64,000 bases of DNA from Thermodesulfobacteriota bacterium (GTDB taxonomy: Bacteria; Desulfobacterota; Desulfobulbia; Desulfobulbales; JBFMBH01), in the NCBI GenBank assembly GCA_040755095.1, contig JBFMBH010000005.1:479-64478 (forward strand), read 5' to 3'. This document shows, in pieces, positions 1 through 10,600 of this stretch. The notes beneath the pieces are model-generated. The model was not told where the DNA came from. It did no database searches and saw only the letters and a program-made list of their open reading frames with translations. The position numbers and the translations under genes were made by a program. Within the stretch, counting starts at the first letter, position 1. Each line of letters starts with the position of its first letter.

Positions 1-1
1 G

Positions 2-910
2 GTGCAGGGCGCCATCCGGCTGAGCACCGGCCGCGTCCATCGGGGGGCGGTGACCGGCCTGGCCCTGAGCCAGGATGGATCGGTCCTGGCCAGCGCCGGC
101 CGGGACGGCCGGGTGATCCTCCGGCGGCTGGTGCCGCCCAAGGGCAGCCGTGAGGTCCTGGGACCCGATCTGGGCAGCGGCTGCCTGGCCTTGAGCCCCA
201 AGGGTCAACGCCTGGTCACCGGCGGCCGTGATGGCACGGTCAGCCTCTGGAGCTTCGACCGGCCCGAGCCCCTGTCCACGGTCCACGCCCACAGCGGTGC
301 GGTGTCCGCGGTGGCGGTGAGCGAGGACGGTCGCTTCCTGGCCTCCGCCGGCATGGACGGCCGCTGCCGGGTGGTCGACTTGGTGGACAAGAAGGAGCGG
401 ACCCTGGACGTGAGCGCCGCCGGCGCCATGCGGGGGGTAGCCTTCCTGCCCCGCTCCCAGGAGCTGCTCACGACCAGCGATGACGGCACCGTCCGGGTCT
501 GGGCGCAGAGGGGCAAGGAATGCACCCGGGTTCTGCCGGCCCACGCCCTGCCGGTGACAGCGTTGGCAACTGCTGCCGATGGCCGCTTGTTCGCCACCGC
601 CAGCGCCGACCGGCGTATCTGCCTGTGGGAGGCGATGAGCGGCCGCTGCTTGAAGGTTCTGGAGGGGCAGCAGGAGGCGGTGACCGCCCTGGCGATGCTG
701 GCCGACGGCCACCATCTGGCGTCCGGCTGCGAGGATGATACCCTGTTCGTCTGGAGCCTGAGCCGGGGGGCTTGCGTCCTGGTTCTGGATGGTCGAGGCG
801 ATGGCATCGCTGCCCTGGCCACTGGTCCCAAGCCGCACATGCTGTCGGTGGGCCGGGCGGACGGCGCCATCGGCTTGTGGATGCTCATCTACGAGCTGGA
901 GCTCCGTTGA
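2..910 (+). CDS. WD40-repeat beta-propeller protein, C-terminal part (5' end lies outside window)
   Basis: ORF is open to the window edge. About seven tandem ~40-aa units of the form H-x-G-x-V-x-x-[LV]A-x-S-x-DG-x-x-LAS[AG]-x-DG-x-[VI]-x-[LV]W. Confidence 0.8.
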   Translation: MQGAIRLSTGRVHRGAVTGLALSQDGSVLASAGRDGRVILRRLVPPKGSREVLGPDLGSGCLALSPKGQRLVTGGRDGTVSLWSFDRPEPLSTVHAHSGAVSAVAVSEDGRFLASAGMDGRCRVVDLVDKKERTLDVSAAGAMRGVAFLPRSQELLTTSDDGTVRVWAQRGKECTRVLPAHALPVTALATAADGRLFATASADRRICLWEAMSGRCLKVLEGQQEAVTALAMLADGHHLASGCEDDTLFVWSLSRGACVLVLDGRGDGIAALATGPKPHMLSVGRADGAIGLWMLIYELELR

Positions 911-970
911 GCCCCCGGGACGGTGGGCGCAGGAGAAGAAGGTCCGGCGACGTGCTCAAAGGAGAAGGCT

Positions 971-1747
971 ATGACGCTCCTCAATCGACTTCTGCGCCGC
1001 TGCCTGACGCTGGCGGCCTTTGGCCGCACCGACACCGGCCTGGCCCGCGGCCATAACGAGGACAGCTTCTGCGTCCTGCCCGGCCAGCGTCTTTTTGTGG
1101 TCGCTGACGGCATGGGCGGCCACAACGCCGGCGAAGTGGCAAGCCGCATCGCGGTGGAGACCCTGGTGGTCGCCTTCCCCGGCGAGACGGTGAAGGGCCT
1201 CTTGGGCAAGCCGGAGGCCATCCGGCATGCCCTGATTCGGGGCGTGCGGGAGGCCAACGAGGCGGTGATGGCCGCTGCCGTGGCCGACGATGCCCGGGCC
1301 GGCATGGGCTGCACCCTGATCGCCGCGTTCTGCGACCGGGCCGCTCTCCACACCTGCCACCTCGGCGACGTCCGGTGCTATCTGGCCAGCCGCGGCTCCT
1401 TCCGCCAGATCACCACCGACCACTCCCAGGTCGCCCAGCAGGTGGCCGCCGGGCTTCTGGACCCGGAGGAAGCGCGGGTCGGCTTCGGCCGCAACATCGT
1501 CACCCGGGCCGTGGGCTTTCCCATGGCCGAGGATCCGGAGTGCCACCAGGTGGAGCTGGCCGAGGGCGACCGGGCGCTCCTGTGCTCGGATGGCCTGTGG
1601 TCCATGGTTCCCGATGCCAGGCTGGCCGAGATCCTGGCAGCGGGCAGCTCGGCAGAGGCGATCTGCAACCAGCTGGTGGATGCGGCCAACGAGGCTGGCG
1701 GCCGGGACAATATCACCGCCGTGGTCATCCTGTTCGGGAAGGCGTGA
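971..1747 (+). CDS. PP2C-family Ser/Thr protein phosphatase
   Basis: Motifs GRTDTGLARGHNEDSF, VADGMGGHNAGEVAS, LLCSDGLW and GGRDNITAVV. ATG at 971 follows GGAGAAGG; the ORF as drawn opens at 923. Confidence 0.85.
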   Translation: MTLLNRLLRRCLTLAAFGRTDTGLARGHNEDSFCVLPGQRLFVVADGMGGHNAGEVASRIAVETLVVAFPGETVKGLLGKPEAIRHALIRGVREANEAVMAAAVADDARAGMGCTLIAAFCDRAALHTCHLGDVRCYLASRGSFRQITTDHSQVAQQVAAGLLDPEEARVGFGRNIVTRAVGFPMAEDPECHQVELAEGDRALLCSDGLWSMVPDARLAEILAAGSSAEAICNQLVDAANEAGGRDNITAVVILFGKA

Positions 1748-1824
1748 TGGCGCGGCCGGGCGCCCGGCTCCGCCCCGGCCGGACCTCGCGCCCCGGCAGG
1801 CCCGACTGACCGGACCCGGCTGCC

Positions 1825-2577
1825 ATGGCTGCCCTTGCCTGCCGTTTCCTGGGGGACCTGCCCACCCTCCTCACCGTGCCCCATGACCGCGGCCTGGTCA
1901 GCCGGCCGCTGGGCCGGCGGACCTCGGTCAAGGACCTCATCGAGGCCTACGGCGTGCCGCACACCGAGGTGGCGGCCCTGACCATCAATGGCCAGGAAAG
2001 CGGGTTTGCGGCCCTCCTCCGGGATGGCGATGCGGTGATGGTGGCGCCGGTGCAAAGCCCGGACGATTTCTTCCGGCCCGGCTGCCTGCGGCCGGCCCTG
2101 GCCGCCAAGCCCGGTTTTCTGGTGGATATCAACGTCGGCCAGCTGGCCCGCCAGCTGCGGCTTCTGGGCCTGGACGCCCTCTATGACCCCCGGGCCGGCG
2201 ACGAGGAGCTGGCGGCCCAGGCGGCGGCCAGCGGCCGGGTGCTTTTGACCCGGGACCGGCGGCTCCTGAAGCGAAAGGGGGTGGTCTTCGGCCGCCTCAT
2301 CCGGGCCGGCGCACCGGAAGAGCAGCTCCTGGAGGTGGTGCGGCTCTTTGGCCTTGAGGAGCACTTCCAGCCCCTCAGCCGCTGCCTGCGCTGCAACGCC
2401 CTCCTGCAGCCGGTGGCCAAGGAGGCGATCGAGCACCGCCTCCTGCCCCTCACCCGCCTCTATTACCACAGCTTTCGTCGCTGCCCCGCCTGCGACCGCC
2501 TCTACTGGGCCGGCTCCCATCAGGAGGGGATGCGCCGCTTCCTGGCGGGTCTGCAAGGCCGGTTGGCTCGGCCTTGA
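1825..2577 (+). CDS. Ubiquitin-like (beta-grasp) + Mut7-C/PIN-like RNase domain protein with C-terminal zinc ribbon
   Basis: N-terminal ThiS/MoaD-like segment (SVKDLIEAYGVPHTEV...INGQ...DGDAVMVAP). Then FLVDINVGQLARQLRLLGLDALY...VLLTRDRRLLKR and CLRCN...CPACDRLYWAGSH, typical of Mut7-C (DUF82) proteins. Confidence 0.7.
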   Translation: MAALACRFLGDLPTLLTVPHDRGLVSRPLGRRTSVKDLIEAYGVPHTEVAALTINGQESGFAALLRDGDAVMVAPVQSPDDFFRPGCLRPALAAKPGFLVDINVGQLARQLRLLGLDALYDPRAGDEELAAQAAASGRVLLTRDRRLLKRKGVVFGRLIRAGAPEEQLLEVVRLFGLEEHFQPLSRCLRCNALLQPVAKEAIEHRLLPLTRLYYHSFRRCPACDRLYWAGSHQEGMRRFLAGLQGRLARP

Positions 2578-2649
2578 CTTCCTCCTCTGGCCCGGGCATG
2601 ATGCGAACCTGTAGGAATTTGACCATTCTTGGCAGGGAGGATGGCGACC

Positions 2650-3624
2650 ATGGGCAACGGGGTGTTTTCTCTTGTGGTGGCGGCGGTGGCAGGCGTCCTG
2701 GCCGTGGCCGGCTGCGAGCACCGGCCTGCGGTCAAGCCGAAGAAGGTGGGCATTGTCAACCCCAGCGCCGGCCTGGAGCAGGTGGTGGCAGGATTCAAGG
2801 CCGGCCTGGCCGAGCGGGGCCACCAGGAGGGCGAGACCATCGTCTTCCGCTATGACGGTCCCCTCCAGGGCTCAGGCGAGGTCGACAGCAGGATCGCCGC
2901 CCTCATCGCCGAGGATGTCGACCTTATCCTCGGCCTCACCACGCCGGTGGCCAGGAGGCTCAAGGAGGCTCTGACCGGGACGGCCATCCCCGGGCTCTTT
3001 GCCCCGGTCTTCGCGCCAGCGGAGGCCGGGCTGGTGGAAAGCCTGGCCCGGCCCGGCGGGCCTGTAACCGGGATCAGGATCCGGGGCAGCACGGCCAAGG
3101 CCCTGGAGTATCTCCTGGCCGTGGTGCCGGGGGTCAGGCGGGTGTACGTCCCCTGTCATGCCGGGGACATGGCCTCGTGTCTGACCCGGGACGATCTTGA
3201 GGCCGGCGCCGTGAAGCTGGGCGTTGAGCTGGTCTCGACCGAGGTGGACGGTCTGCCCGCCCTGCAGGCGGCCCTGGCCGCCATCCCCCCGGACGTGCAG
3301 GCGGTCTGGCTGACCTGCTCGCACCTTCTGACCTCCCAGGTGCGGGAGTATGTGGTGGCCGCCACGGCCCGGGGTATCCCGGTGGCCTCCTGCGCCCATC
3401 TCTTCTCCGGCAGCGGCGTCATGATCTCCTATGGCGAGAACGACTTCCGGATGGGGGAGCAGGCCGGCCGGATGGCAGACCGGCTTCTGAACGGCGCCTC
3501 CCCGCAGACCATGCCGGTGGAGACCGCCTCGTTCTATCTGCGGATCAACCGCGGCAAGGCCCGGGAGCTGGGCATCGAGGTGCCGGAGCGGCTCTTGCAG
3601 CAGGCAACGTTCATCGAGGACTGA
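2650..3624 (+). CDS. Lipoprotein, ABC-transporter-type substrate-binding protein (ABC_sub_bind/PF04392-like), copy 1
   Basis: Lipobox LAVAGC. Shares the KKVGIVN...GF..GL.E.G..EG....Y pattern with copies at 6611 and 20878. GGAGG lies 9 nt before ATG 2650; alternative starts are TTG 2629 and ATG 2641. No permease or ATPase gene is adjacent. Confidence 0.75.
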   Translation: MGNGVFSLVVAAVAGVLAVAGCEHRPAVKPKKVGIVNPSAGLEQVVAGFKAGLAERGHQEGETIVFRYDGPLQGSGEVDSRIAALIAEDVDLILGLTTPVARRLKEALTGTAIPGLFAPVFAPAEAGLVESLARPGGPVTGIRIRGSTAKALEYLLAVVPGVRRVYVPCHAGDMASCLTRDDLEAGAVKLGVELVSTEVDGLPALQAALAAIPPDVQAVWLTCSHLLTSQVREYVVAATARGIPVASCAHLFSGSGVMISYGENDFRMGEQAGRMADRLLNGASPQTMPVETASFYLRINRGKARELGIEVPERLLQQATFIED

Positions 3625-6455
3625 TGCCCGAGCCCTTCCCTCCCATGCCGCCGGCGGCGCCCGGCGGCGGTGCCCAGGCACCGGCAGGACGGCCAGGTCG
3701 CGGCCTGCGCCAGCGGTTCGCCGTGGCCGTCTGTCTGGTGGTCATTGTGCCTCTGATCCTCCTGGGGCTGACCTTGTCGGTTCTGGTCTACAGCTCCCAG
3801 AGGGAGCAGATCCTGGACCTGGAGCGGGAGGTGGTGAAGAGGGCGAGGAACGAGATTGCCCTGGCCACCCACGAGTTGGAGAGCATGCTCCACGTCGCCA
3901 TGCTCACGGGCGAGATCCTGGACCTGGGCCCGGCCGACCGCGAAAACCTCCTGCAGCAGCTCATCTTTGTCGAGAACGCCGGCGGGCAGGAGATCATCGA
4001 GGAGCTGCTCCTGGTCGACCGGAGCGGCCAGGAGCGGGCCCATGTCTCCCGGGTCGATATCTTCACCAGCGCCGACCGCCGGGACTGGGCCGGCAGGGCC
4101 GAGATCCAAGAGCCCCTGGCCACCGGCAAGCACGCCTACGGTCCGGTGGTCGTGGACGAGGAGAACCTGGAGCCCTGGATCCTGCACTCCATGCCCATCA
4201 CCAACTACCCGGGCGGCCCGGTGCAAGGGGTGCTCCTGGCCAAGCTTCGCATCAGCGCCATCTGGCGGCCGGTGGTGGACCGGCCGTTCGGCGAGCGGGG
4301 CCTCCTTTTCATCACCGATGCCACCGGCCGGGTCGTCGCCCACCCCAACATCTCCGCGACGCTCAGCAGCACCTTTTTCCTGCCGGGCATCGATGAGGGC
4401 CGCGGTCACGGACTGGAGGGGGAGGATCTGCTCCTGGTCCGGGAGCACTTCGATCTGCACCAGCAGCGCTTCTTCCTGGTCGCCACCACCCCCCACAGCG
4501 AGGTGCTCCACACGGCCTGGCACTCGCTGGGCACCACCGGCGTCTTTGTGCTGGTCTTTCTGGTCGCCGGCACCGCTCTGGGCCTGGCGGTGATCGGCCG
4601 GCTGGTCGGTCCCATCGAGAACCTGGCCCAGCGGGCCCGGCAGATCGGGGCCGGCGATCTGGGCGTCCGGGCGCCGCTGGTCGGCAGCGACGAGCTGGGC
4701 GACCTGGCGGCCAGCTTCAACGCCATGACCGACGAACTGGTGGCGAAGATTGACCTCCTGGCCACCCGGGAGGCGGCCATCCAGGACAGCTACCAGGTGC
4801 AGGCCCTGCTCAACCGCCTTCTGGAGCTCTCGTTGACCGGTCAGGGCCTGGACGAGATCCTGCGCCGGTTCATCGAGACCGTGACCTCGTTCCACGTCTT
4901 CGGTCTCGAGCACACCGGTGTGGTTTTCCTGCGGGAGGGCGATGTTCTCAAGATGAAGGCGGCCAGCAACCTGGCAGAGCCGTTGCGGGCGCTTTGCGCC
5001 GAGGTGGCTCTGGGACAGTGCTGTTGCGGCAAGACGGCCTTGAGCCGGGAGGTGCTGTTCGCGGACCGGGTTGATGAGCGTCACGACATCACCTATCCCG
5101 GGATGCCGCCCCATGGCCACTACTGCGTGCCGATCGTCACCGAGGGCAGCGAGGTGCTCGGCGTCTTCACCTGCTACACCAAGGCCGGCTACCGCCGCTC
5201 CGACAAGCTGGAGGCCGCTCTCAAGGCAGCCGGCAGCCTGGCGGCCCGGATCATCCGCGCCAAGCTGGCCGAAGAGGAGCAGGACAAGCTCCGGGCCCAG
5301 CTGCGGCAATCCCAGAAACTGGAGGCGATCGGCACCCTGGCCGGCGGCATCGCCCATGATTTCAACAACATCCTCTGCCCGATCGTCGCCTACAGCGAGC
5401 TGGGCCTGGCCGAGGTGCCCAGGGACAGCAAGGTCCACGGCTACCTGGCCGGCATCGGCCAGGCAGCCCGGCGAGCCAGCCAGCTGGTCCAGCAGATCCT
5501 GTCCTTCAGCCGCCGGAACAGCCAGGAGGTGGCGCCGGTGGAGCTGCAGGTGGTGATCAAGGAGGCCTTGAAGCTCCTGCGGGCCTCGATCCCCACCTTC
5601 ATCCAGATCCGGACCAACATCGATCCCCGGTGCGGGCCGGTGCTGGCCAACCCGGTGCAGATCCACCAGGTGCTCATGAATCTGTGCACCAACGCCTACC
5701 ATGCCATGCGCACCAGCGGCGGCACGCTGGGCGTCACCCTGCTGCCGGTCCGGATCAGCGCCGGCGACAAGGTCAAGGGCCTGCACCTGGCCCCCGGACC
5801 CTATCTGCGCCTGGAGGTGAGCGACACCGGCTCGGGCATGGAGCGGGCGGTTCTGGAGCGGATCTTCGAGCCCTATTTCACCACCAAGGAGAAGGGCGAG
5901 GGTACGGGTCTGGGCCTGGCGGTGGTGCATGGGATCATGCAGAGCCTGGGTGGACACGTCACCGTGTACAGCGAGGTCGGCCAGGGCACCACCTTTCACC
6001 TCTACTTCCCGGAGAGGCCAGCCACCTCTGCGGCCGCGGCGATCGACTCGGAGGCCCCCCTGCCGAAGGGCAGCGAGCGGCTGCTGTTTGTGGATGACGA
6101 GGCCGTCATTGTGGACATGGCCCGGCAGGTCCTGGCCGAGCTGGGGTACCAGGTGACGGCCTTCACCGATCCCCAGGAGGCTCTGGCCAGCTTCCAGGCG
6201 GCTCCGGATGGCTTCGATCTGCTGATGACCGACATGACGATGCCCAAGCTCACCGGCGACCGGTTGGCCCATGAGGCGAGGGCCTTGCGACCTGGGCTCC
6301 CGGTGGTGCTGTGCACGGGCTTCAGCGAGATCCTCAACGAGGAGAGCGCCAAGGCAGCCGGCATCGATGAATACGTGACCAAGCCGATGGGGATCCGGAC
6401 CATCGCCACCGTGGTCCGGCGGGCCCTGGACCGGGCCGCGGCCCGGCGGCCGTAG
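3624..6455 (+). CDS. Hybrid sensor histidine kinase (TM - Cache-like periplasmic domain - TM - HAMP - GAF - HisKA - HATPase - receiver)
   Basis: H-box LAGGIAHDFNNIL; G-boxes DTGSGM and GTGLGLAVVHGI; receiver LLFVDDE...LLMTDMTMPKLTG. Its ATG overlaps the stop of the upstream SBP gene (cTGATGc at 3622-3626). Confidence 0.9.
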   Translation: MPEPFPPMPPAAPGGGAQAPAGRPGRGLRQRFAVAVCLVVIVPLILLGLTLSVLVYSSQREQILDLEREVVKRARNEIALATHELESMLHVAMLTGEILDLGPADRENLLQQLIFVENAGGQEIIEELLLVDRSGQERAHVSRVDIFTSADRRDWAGRAEIQEPLATGKHAYGPVVVDEENLEPWILHSMPITNYPGGPVQGVLLAKLRISAIWRPVVDRPFGERGLLFITDATGRVVAHPNISATLSSTFFLPGIDEGRGHGLEGEDLLLVREHFDLHQQRFFLVATTPHSEVLHTAWHSLGTTGVFVLVFLVAGTALGLAVIGRLVGPIENLAQRARQIGAGDLGVRAPLVGSDELGDLAASFNAMTDELVAKIDLLATREAAIQDSYQVQALLNRLLELSLTGQGLDEILRRFIETVTSFHVFGLEHTGVVFLREGDVLKMKAASNLAEPLRALCAEVALGQCCCGKTALSREVLFADRVDERHDITYPGMPPHGHYCVPIVTEGSEVLGVFTCYTKAGYRRSDKLEAALKAAGSLAARIIRAKLAEEEQDKLRAQLRQSQKLEAIGTLAGGIAHDFNNILCPIVAYSELGLAEVPRDSKVHGYLAGIGQAARRASQLVQQILSFSRRNSQEVAPVELQVVIKEALKLLRASIPTFIQIRTNIDPRCGPVLANPVQIHQVLMNLCTNAYHAMRTSGGTLGVTLLPVRISAGDKVKGLHLAPGPYLRLEVSDTGSGMERAVLERIFEPYFTTKEKGEGTGLGLAVVHGIMQSLGGHVTVYSEVGQGTTFHLYFPERPATSAAAAIDSEAPLPKGSERLLFVDDEAVIVDMARQVLAELGYQVTAFTDPQEALASFQAAPDGFDLLMTDMTMPKLTGDRLAHEARALRPGLPVVLCTGFSEILNEESAKAAGIDEYVTKPMGIRTIATVVRRALDRAAARRP

Positions 6456-6610
6456 CGCCCGACGCTGCTCCGACCTTCCTGTACGCCCGCGGCTGCACCG
6501 GGCGGGTGCCCCTGTTCGTCGCGGAACGTGAAGGCGCTTGACATGAAGGGCACTTTTTGGGAAGGTGACCGTACAGTCGGGCGTAACCCCAGCCCCAGGA
6601 GGGAGGTGTC

Positions 6611-7585
6611 ATGCGTGTGCAGCTCGGCAGTCCCCTGGTTGTCCTGGCCCTCTTCTGGCTGCCTTTGCTCGGCGGATGCTCGACCGAAGAGCCCGAATCC
6701 CGGATGAAGATCATCGGCGTGCTCAACGCCAACGACAAGCACCTGCCCATGGTGGCCGGCTTCAAGGCCGGCCTGGCGGATCTGGGCTACCAGGAAGGGG
6801 AGAGCATCGTCTATCTGGAGGCCGGGCGGGTCTGCTCGGAAGGGGAGCTGGGGGCGGCAATGGGGGATCTGCTCCGCCGGCGGGTGGATCTGGTGCTGGC
6901 CCTGTCCACCAAAGCGGCGCAGGCTGCGGTGGCGGCGACCGCCGGCACGGCCGTCCCGGTGATCTTTGCCGGGGTCGTCGATCCGCTCGGGTCCGGTCTG
7001 GCCACCAGTATGCGGGCGCCGGATCGGAACGCCACCGGCGTCCGGGCCAGCCCTGGCACCGGCAAGGCCCTGGAGTGGCTGCTCCGCATCCGGCCCGGGG
7101 TGAAGAGGATCCTGGTCCCCTTTGCTGACGACAGTCCCCCGGCGGCCCAAAGCCTGGCCGCCCTCCGCGAGGCGGCGGAGAAGCTTCAGGTGGAGCTGGT
7201 CGTGCCTACCGTCGCCTCGTTGCCGGAGCTGGAGCAGGCTCTGGCCTCGCCGCCCAATGGGGTGGACGGGCTGTTCCTGCTGAGCTCGGCGCTGCTCGCC
7301 CGGCACATGGACCGGTTCGTGGCCGCCGCCATCCGGCACCAGCTGCCGTTGGCCTCGGCCATCGGCCATGAGAACGGGGTGCCGGTCACGGTCGGCCAGG
7401 ACCGCTTCCAGGTGGGGCGCCAGGCGAGTCGTCAGGCCCATGCCGTCCTCCAGGGTACCCCCGCCTGGCGCATCCCCATCGAGCAGCCTGATGTGCTCCT
7501 GCAGCTCCACCTGCCCACTGCCGCTGCCAGCGGCCTGGCCATCCCCCCGGAAGTCCTGATCCTGGCCCAGGATGTCATCCGCTGA
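6611..7585 (+). CDS. Lipoprotein, ABC-transporter-type substrate-binding protein (PF04392-like), copy 2
   Basis: Lipobox LLGGC, GGAGGGAGG RBS, paralogous to 2650..3624 and 20878..21843. Confidence 0.8.
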   Translation: MRVQLGSPLVVLALFWLPLLGGCSTEEPESRMKIIGVLNANDKHLPMVAGFKAGLADLGYQEGESIVYLEAGRVCSEGELGAAMGDLLRRRVDLVLALSTKAAQAAVAATAGTAVPVIFAGVVDPLGSGLATSMRAPDRNATGVRASPGTGKALEWLLRIRPGVKRILVPFADDSPPAAQSLAALREAAEKLQVELVVPTVASLPELEQALASPPNGVDGLFLLSSALLARHMDRFVAAAIRHQLPLASAIGHENGVPVTVGQDRFQVGRQASRQAHAVLQGTPAWRIPIEQPDVLLQLHLPTAAASGLAIPPEVLILAQDVIR

Positions 7586-7609
7586 CCGGCTCCGGCAGGC
7601 GATCGGCGC

Positions 7610-10600
7610 TCAGGGCCGGTACTCGTCCGCCCCCATGTCGTAGTCATCGGTGCCATCACCCAGGCCGGCCACGTCGTACGGCCGGCCCTGGCCGTCGTAG
7701 TCGTCCGCCGGCGCGTTGGCGGTGCCCGCCACGTCGATGGCCCCGGAGGCGCCGAGGCAGCCGGCCACCGGGTCGTCGACGCCGCGGCAGATATGGAAGT
7801 TCCCGCCGGCGTTGGGATTGCCGGCCGTGGCGAACTGCAGGTCCACGAAGACCGGATCGAGGTCGATATTGCCGGTCTTGTCCACACAGGCCGTGCAGCC
7901 GCCGGCGATATCGGTGTAGGTGGTGGTGGGCGAGCCGTTGATCTGGTGGTTGGTGCCGCCGGCGGTATTGCCCCAGAAGATGGAGTTGCGGATGGTGCCG
8001 CCGCCTTGCCAGCCGCCGCCGTTCCTGGCAGCCCGGTTGCCGGCCACCGTCGAGCTGTACAGGCTCATGGTGCCGCTGGTATAGACGCCACCACCGTCGT
8101 TGTACGAGACCCCCTCGATGAGGTTGCCGGTGATCATGCTGTTGGTGACGGTGGCGGTGGCGGTATTGTAGATGCCGCCGCCGTAGGTCTTGGCCTTGTT
8201 GGCCCTGAGCCAGGCCTTGCTCACGCTGGCGGTGGCGTTGCCGGCGACGGTGAGGCCGCCGCCGTAGCCGTTGATCGCCTCGTTCTCCTGGATGGTGGTG
8301 CCGGTGATGTTGAGGACCAGGGCCGGACTGTTGGTGCCGCTCACCGCGGTGTGGATGCCGCCGCTGTTGCGGGCCGAGTTGTTGCTGATGGTGCCGCCGG
8401 TGATGTTGGCGGTCAGGGTCAGCCCGGCCACGTTGCTGGCGGCCAGGTACAGACCGCCGCCGTCGGAGCCGGCGGTGTTGGTGACGGTGTTGGTGTCGAT
8501 GGTGCAGTTGGTGAGCGAAAAGGTCAGGCTGGTGCCGGCCGAGAGGTAGATGCCGGCGCCCTGGGCGGAGGTGGAGTTGTTGGTGATCGCCGTGTTGGTC
8601 ACGGTAATGCTGCTGGTCATGGCGGTCAGGTGCATGCCCCCGCCCATGCCGGTGGAACTGGTGTTGGCGTTCAGCGTGGTATCGGAGACCGAGACGGTCC
8701 CGATGCCGTTGGCATAGATGCCCGGACCGTGGCGGGAGGAGTTGTGGCTGATCGAGGTGGGGCCGGTGATGGTGAGGGTGGTGGCAGCGCCGGTCAGATA
8801 CAGGCCGCCGCCTTCATAGTTGGTGGGGGTTGAATTGTACTCGATGGTGCTGCTGTTGATCACCAGAGGCGAATTGGCGCAGTAGATGCCGCCGGCATGC
8901 TGGCCCGCGGTGTTGTTGCTCACGGTGGTGCCGGTGATCGTGGTGGTGGAGCTGCGGTTGTTGAGATAGATTGCGCCGCCCATGAAGATGGTCTGGTTGG
9001 AGACCAGGCTGCTGTTGGTGATGGTCAGGGCGCCACCGGCATTGGCCGCGTAGACCCCGGAGCCGTAGCGGGAGGAGTTGGGGGCCACGGCGTCACCGAT
9101 GGTGCAGCTGTCGATGGTCGCTCCGCCGCCGTCGATGTGGATCCCGGCGCCCCCATTGTAGTTGTTGGCCGGCGTGTGGCCCTTGACGATGCAGTTCTTG
9201 ATCGTCGGCGCCGCGTTGTTGGAGATGAAGATGCCCCGGTCCTTCTCGGCGCCGGAGAACTGGTTGTCGATGGTGAAGCCGTCCACCACGGCGCTGGCTG
9301 TCTCGCCGTTGCTGAAGGTGAGCACCGGGTTGTTGCCGGCAGCGCCCTGGATGGTGGTATTGGCGGCGCCGTTCTCGGAATAGACGTAGACGTTCTTGCC
9401 GCCGAAGTTGACGTTCTCCGAGTAGGTGCCGTTCTTGACCAGGATGTAGGCGCCGCTCGGGGTGCTGCCGCTGCTGATCGCCCCCTGGATGGAGGTGTAG
9501 TCGCAGCCCGAGGCGCAGACCGTGATGGGGTTGACCACCGTCAAGGTGCCGCCCGGGTCGGCTGGCGTCCCGGTGGCCTCCGCCGCCTCCGTATCCTGGG
9601 CGTAGAAGCGGTACTTGAGGGTGCCGTCGCCGTTGTAGGCCACGGCCCGGCTGGCGGTGAAGAGCTTGCCGTCGGTGTAGGTGGTGTCGCCGGCGTCCAC
9701 CGCGGTCATGTCGTGCTTTTCGCCGGCCTCGTAGGCCAGGTTGTCGTTGGCATCGATCCACACCTGCACAGCGCTGGGGGCGTCGTTGTCTGTGTCGCTG
9801 TACGACACCCGGAAGACGAAGGTGTTGCCGCCAGGACCGGAATCCGGGGCGACGCCGTCGGCGGTGTAGCCGGCCTCGCCGGTCCAGGCCAGGGTGGGGG
9901 CGTTGTTGGGGGTGAAGGTCACGGTGACCGTGCTGTTGGCCGTGGGCGGGCCGGTGGCATCGGCCGTGCCGTCGTTGGCGAAGAAGCGGTAGGTGTAGAC
10001 GCCGTCACCGGTGTAGGCCAGGGGCTGGGTGGCGGCGTACCGCTTGCCGTCGGTCACGGTGGTATCGCCAGCATCCGTGGCGGTCAGGGCCATCTTCTCG
10101 CCCGGCTCGTAAGTGCTGTTGTCGTTGGCGTCCACCCAGACCTGGATCAGGGCCGGCAGGGTGTTGTCGGTATCGGTGTAGTCCACCCGGAACTGGAAGC
10201 TGCTGGCATCCGGACCGCTGTCCGGGTTGACGCCGTCGCTGGCATAGCCGGCCTCGCCGGTCCAGGCCAGGGTGGGGGCATTGTTGGTCACGGTCAGGGT
10301 CTGGTCGGCGGTGGGCAGCCCGGTGGCGTCGTCGCTGCCGTCGGAGGCGAAGAACCGGTACTTGAGGCTGCCGTCGCCGGCAAAGAGCACCGGGACCGCA
10401 GCGGCGTACCGTTTGCCGTCGCTGTACGTGGCGTCGCCGCCGTCCGTGGCGGTCAGGGCGTGCTTTTCGCCCGCCCCGTAAGTGTTGTTGTCATCGGCGT
10501 CCACCCAGACCTCGATGAAGGCCGGCGCCGTGTTGTCAGCATCGGTGTAGTCCACCCGGAAGGCAAAGCTGGTGCCGCCGATGGCGCTGTCCGGATGGAC

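Noticed and set aside
6538-6566. Perfect TTGACA -35 hexamer upstream of SBP copy 2
   Set aside because: No acceptable -10 element lies at 16-19 nt (GAAGGT). It is likely a chance occurrence, and the gene may be co-transcribed with the kinase.
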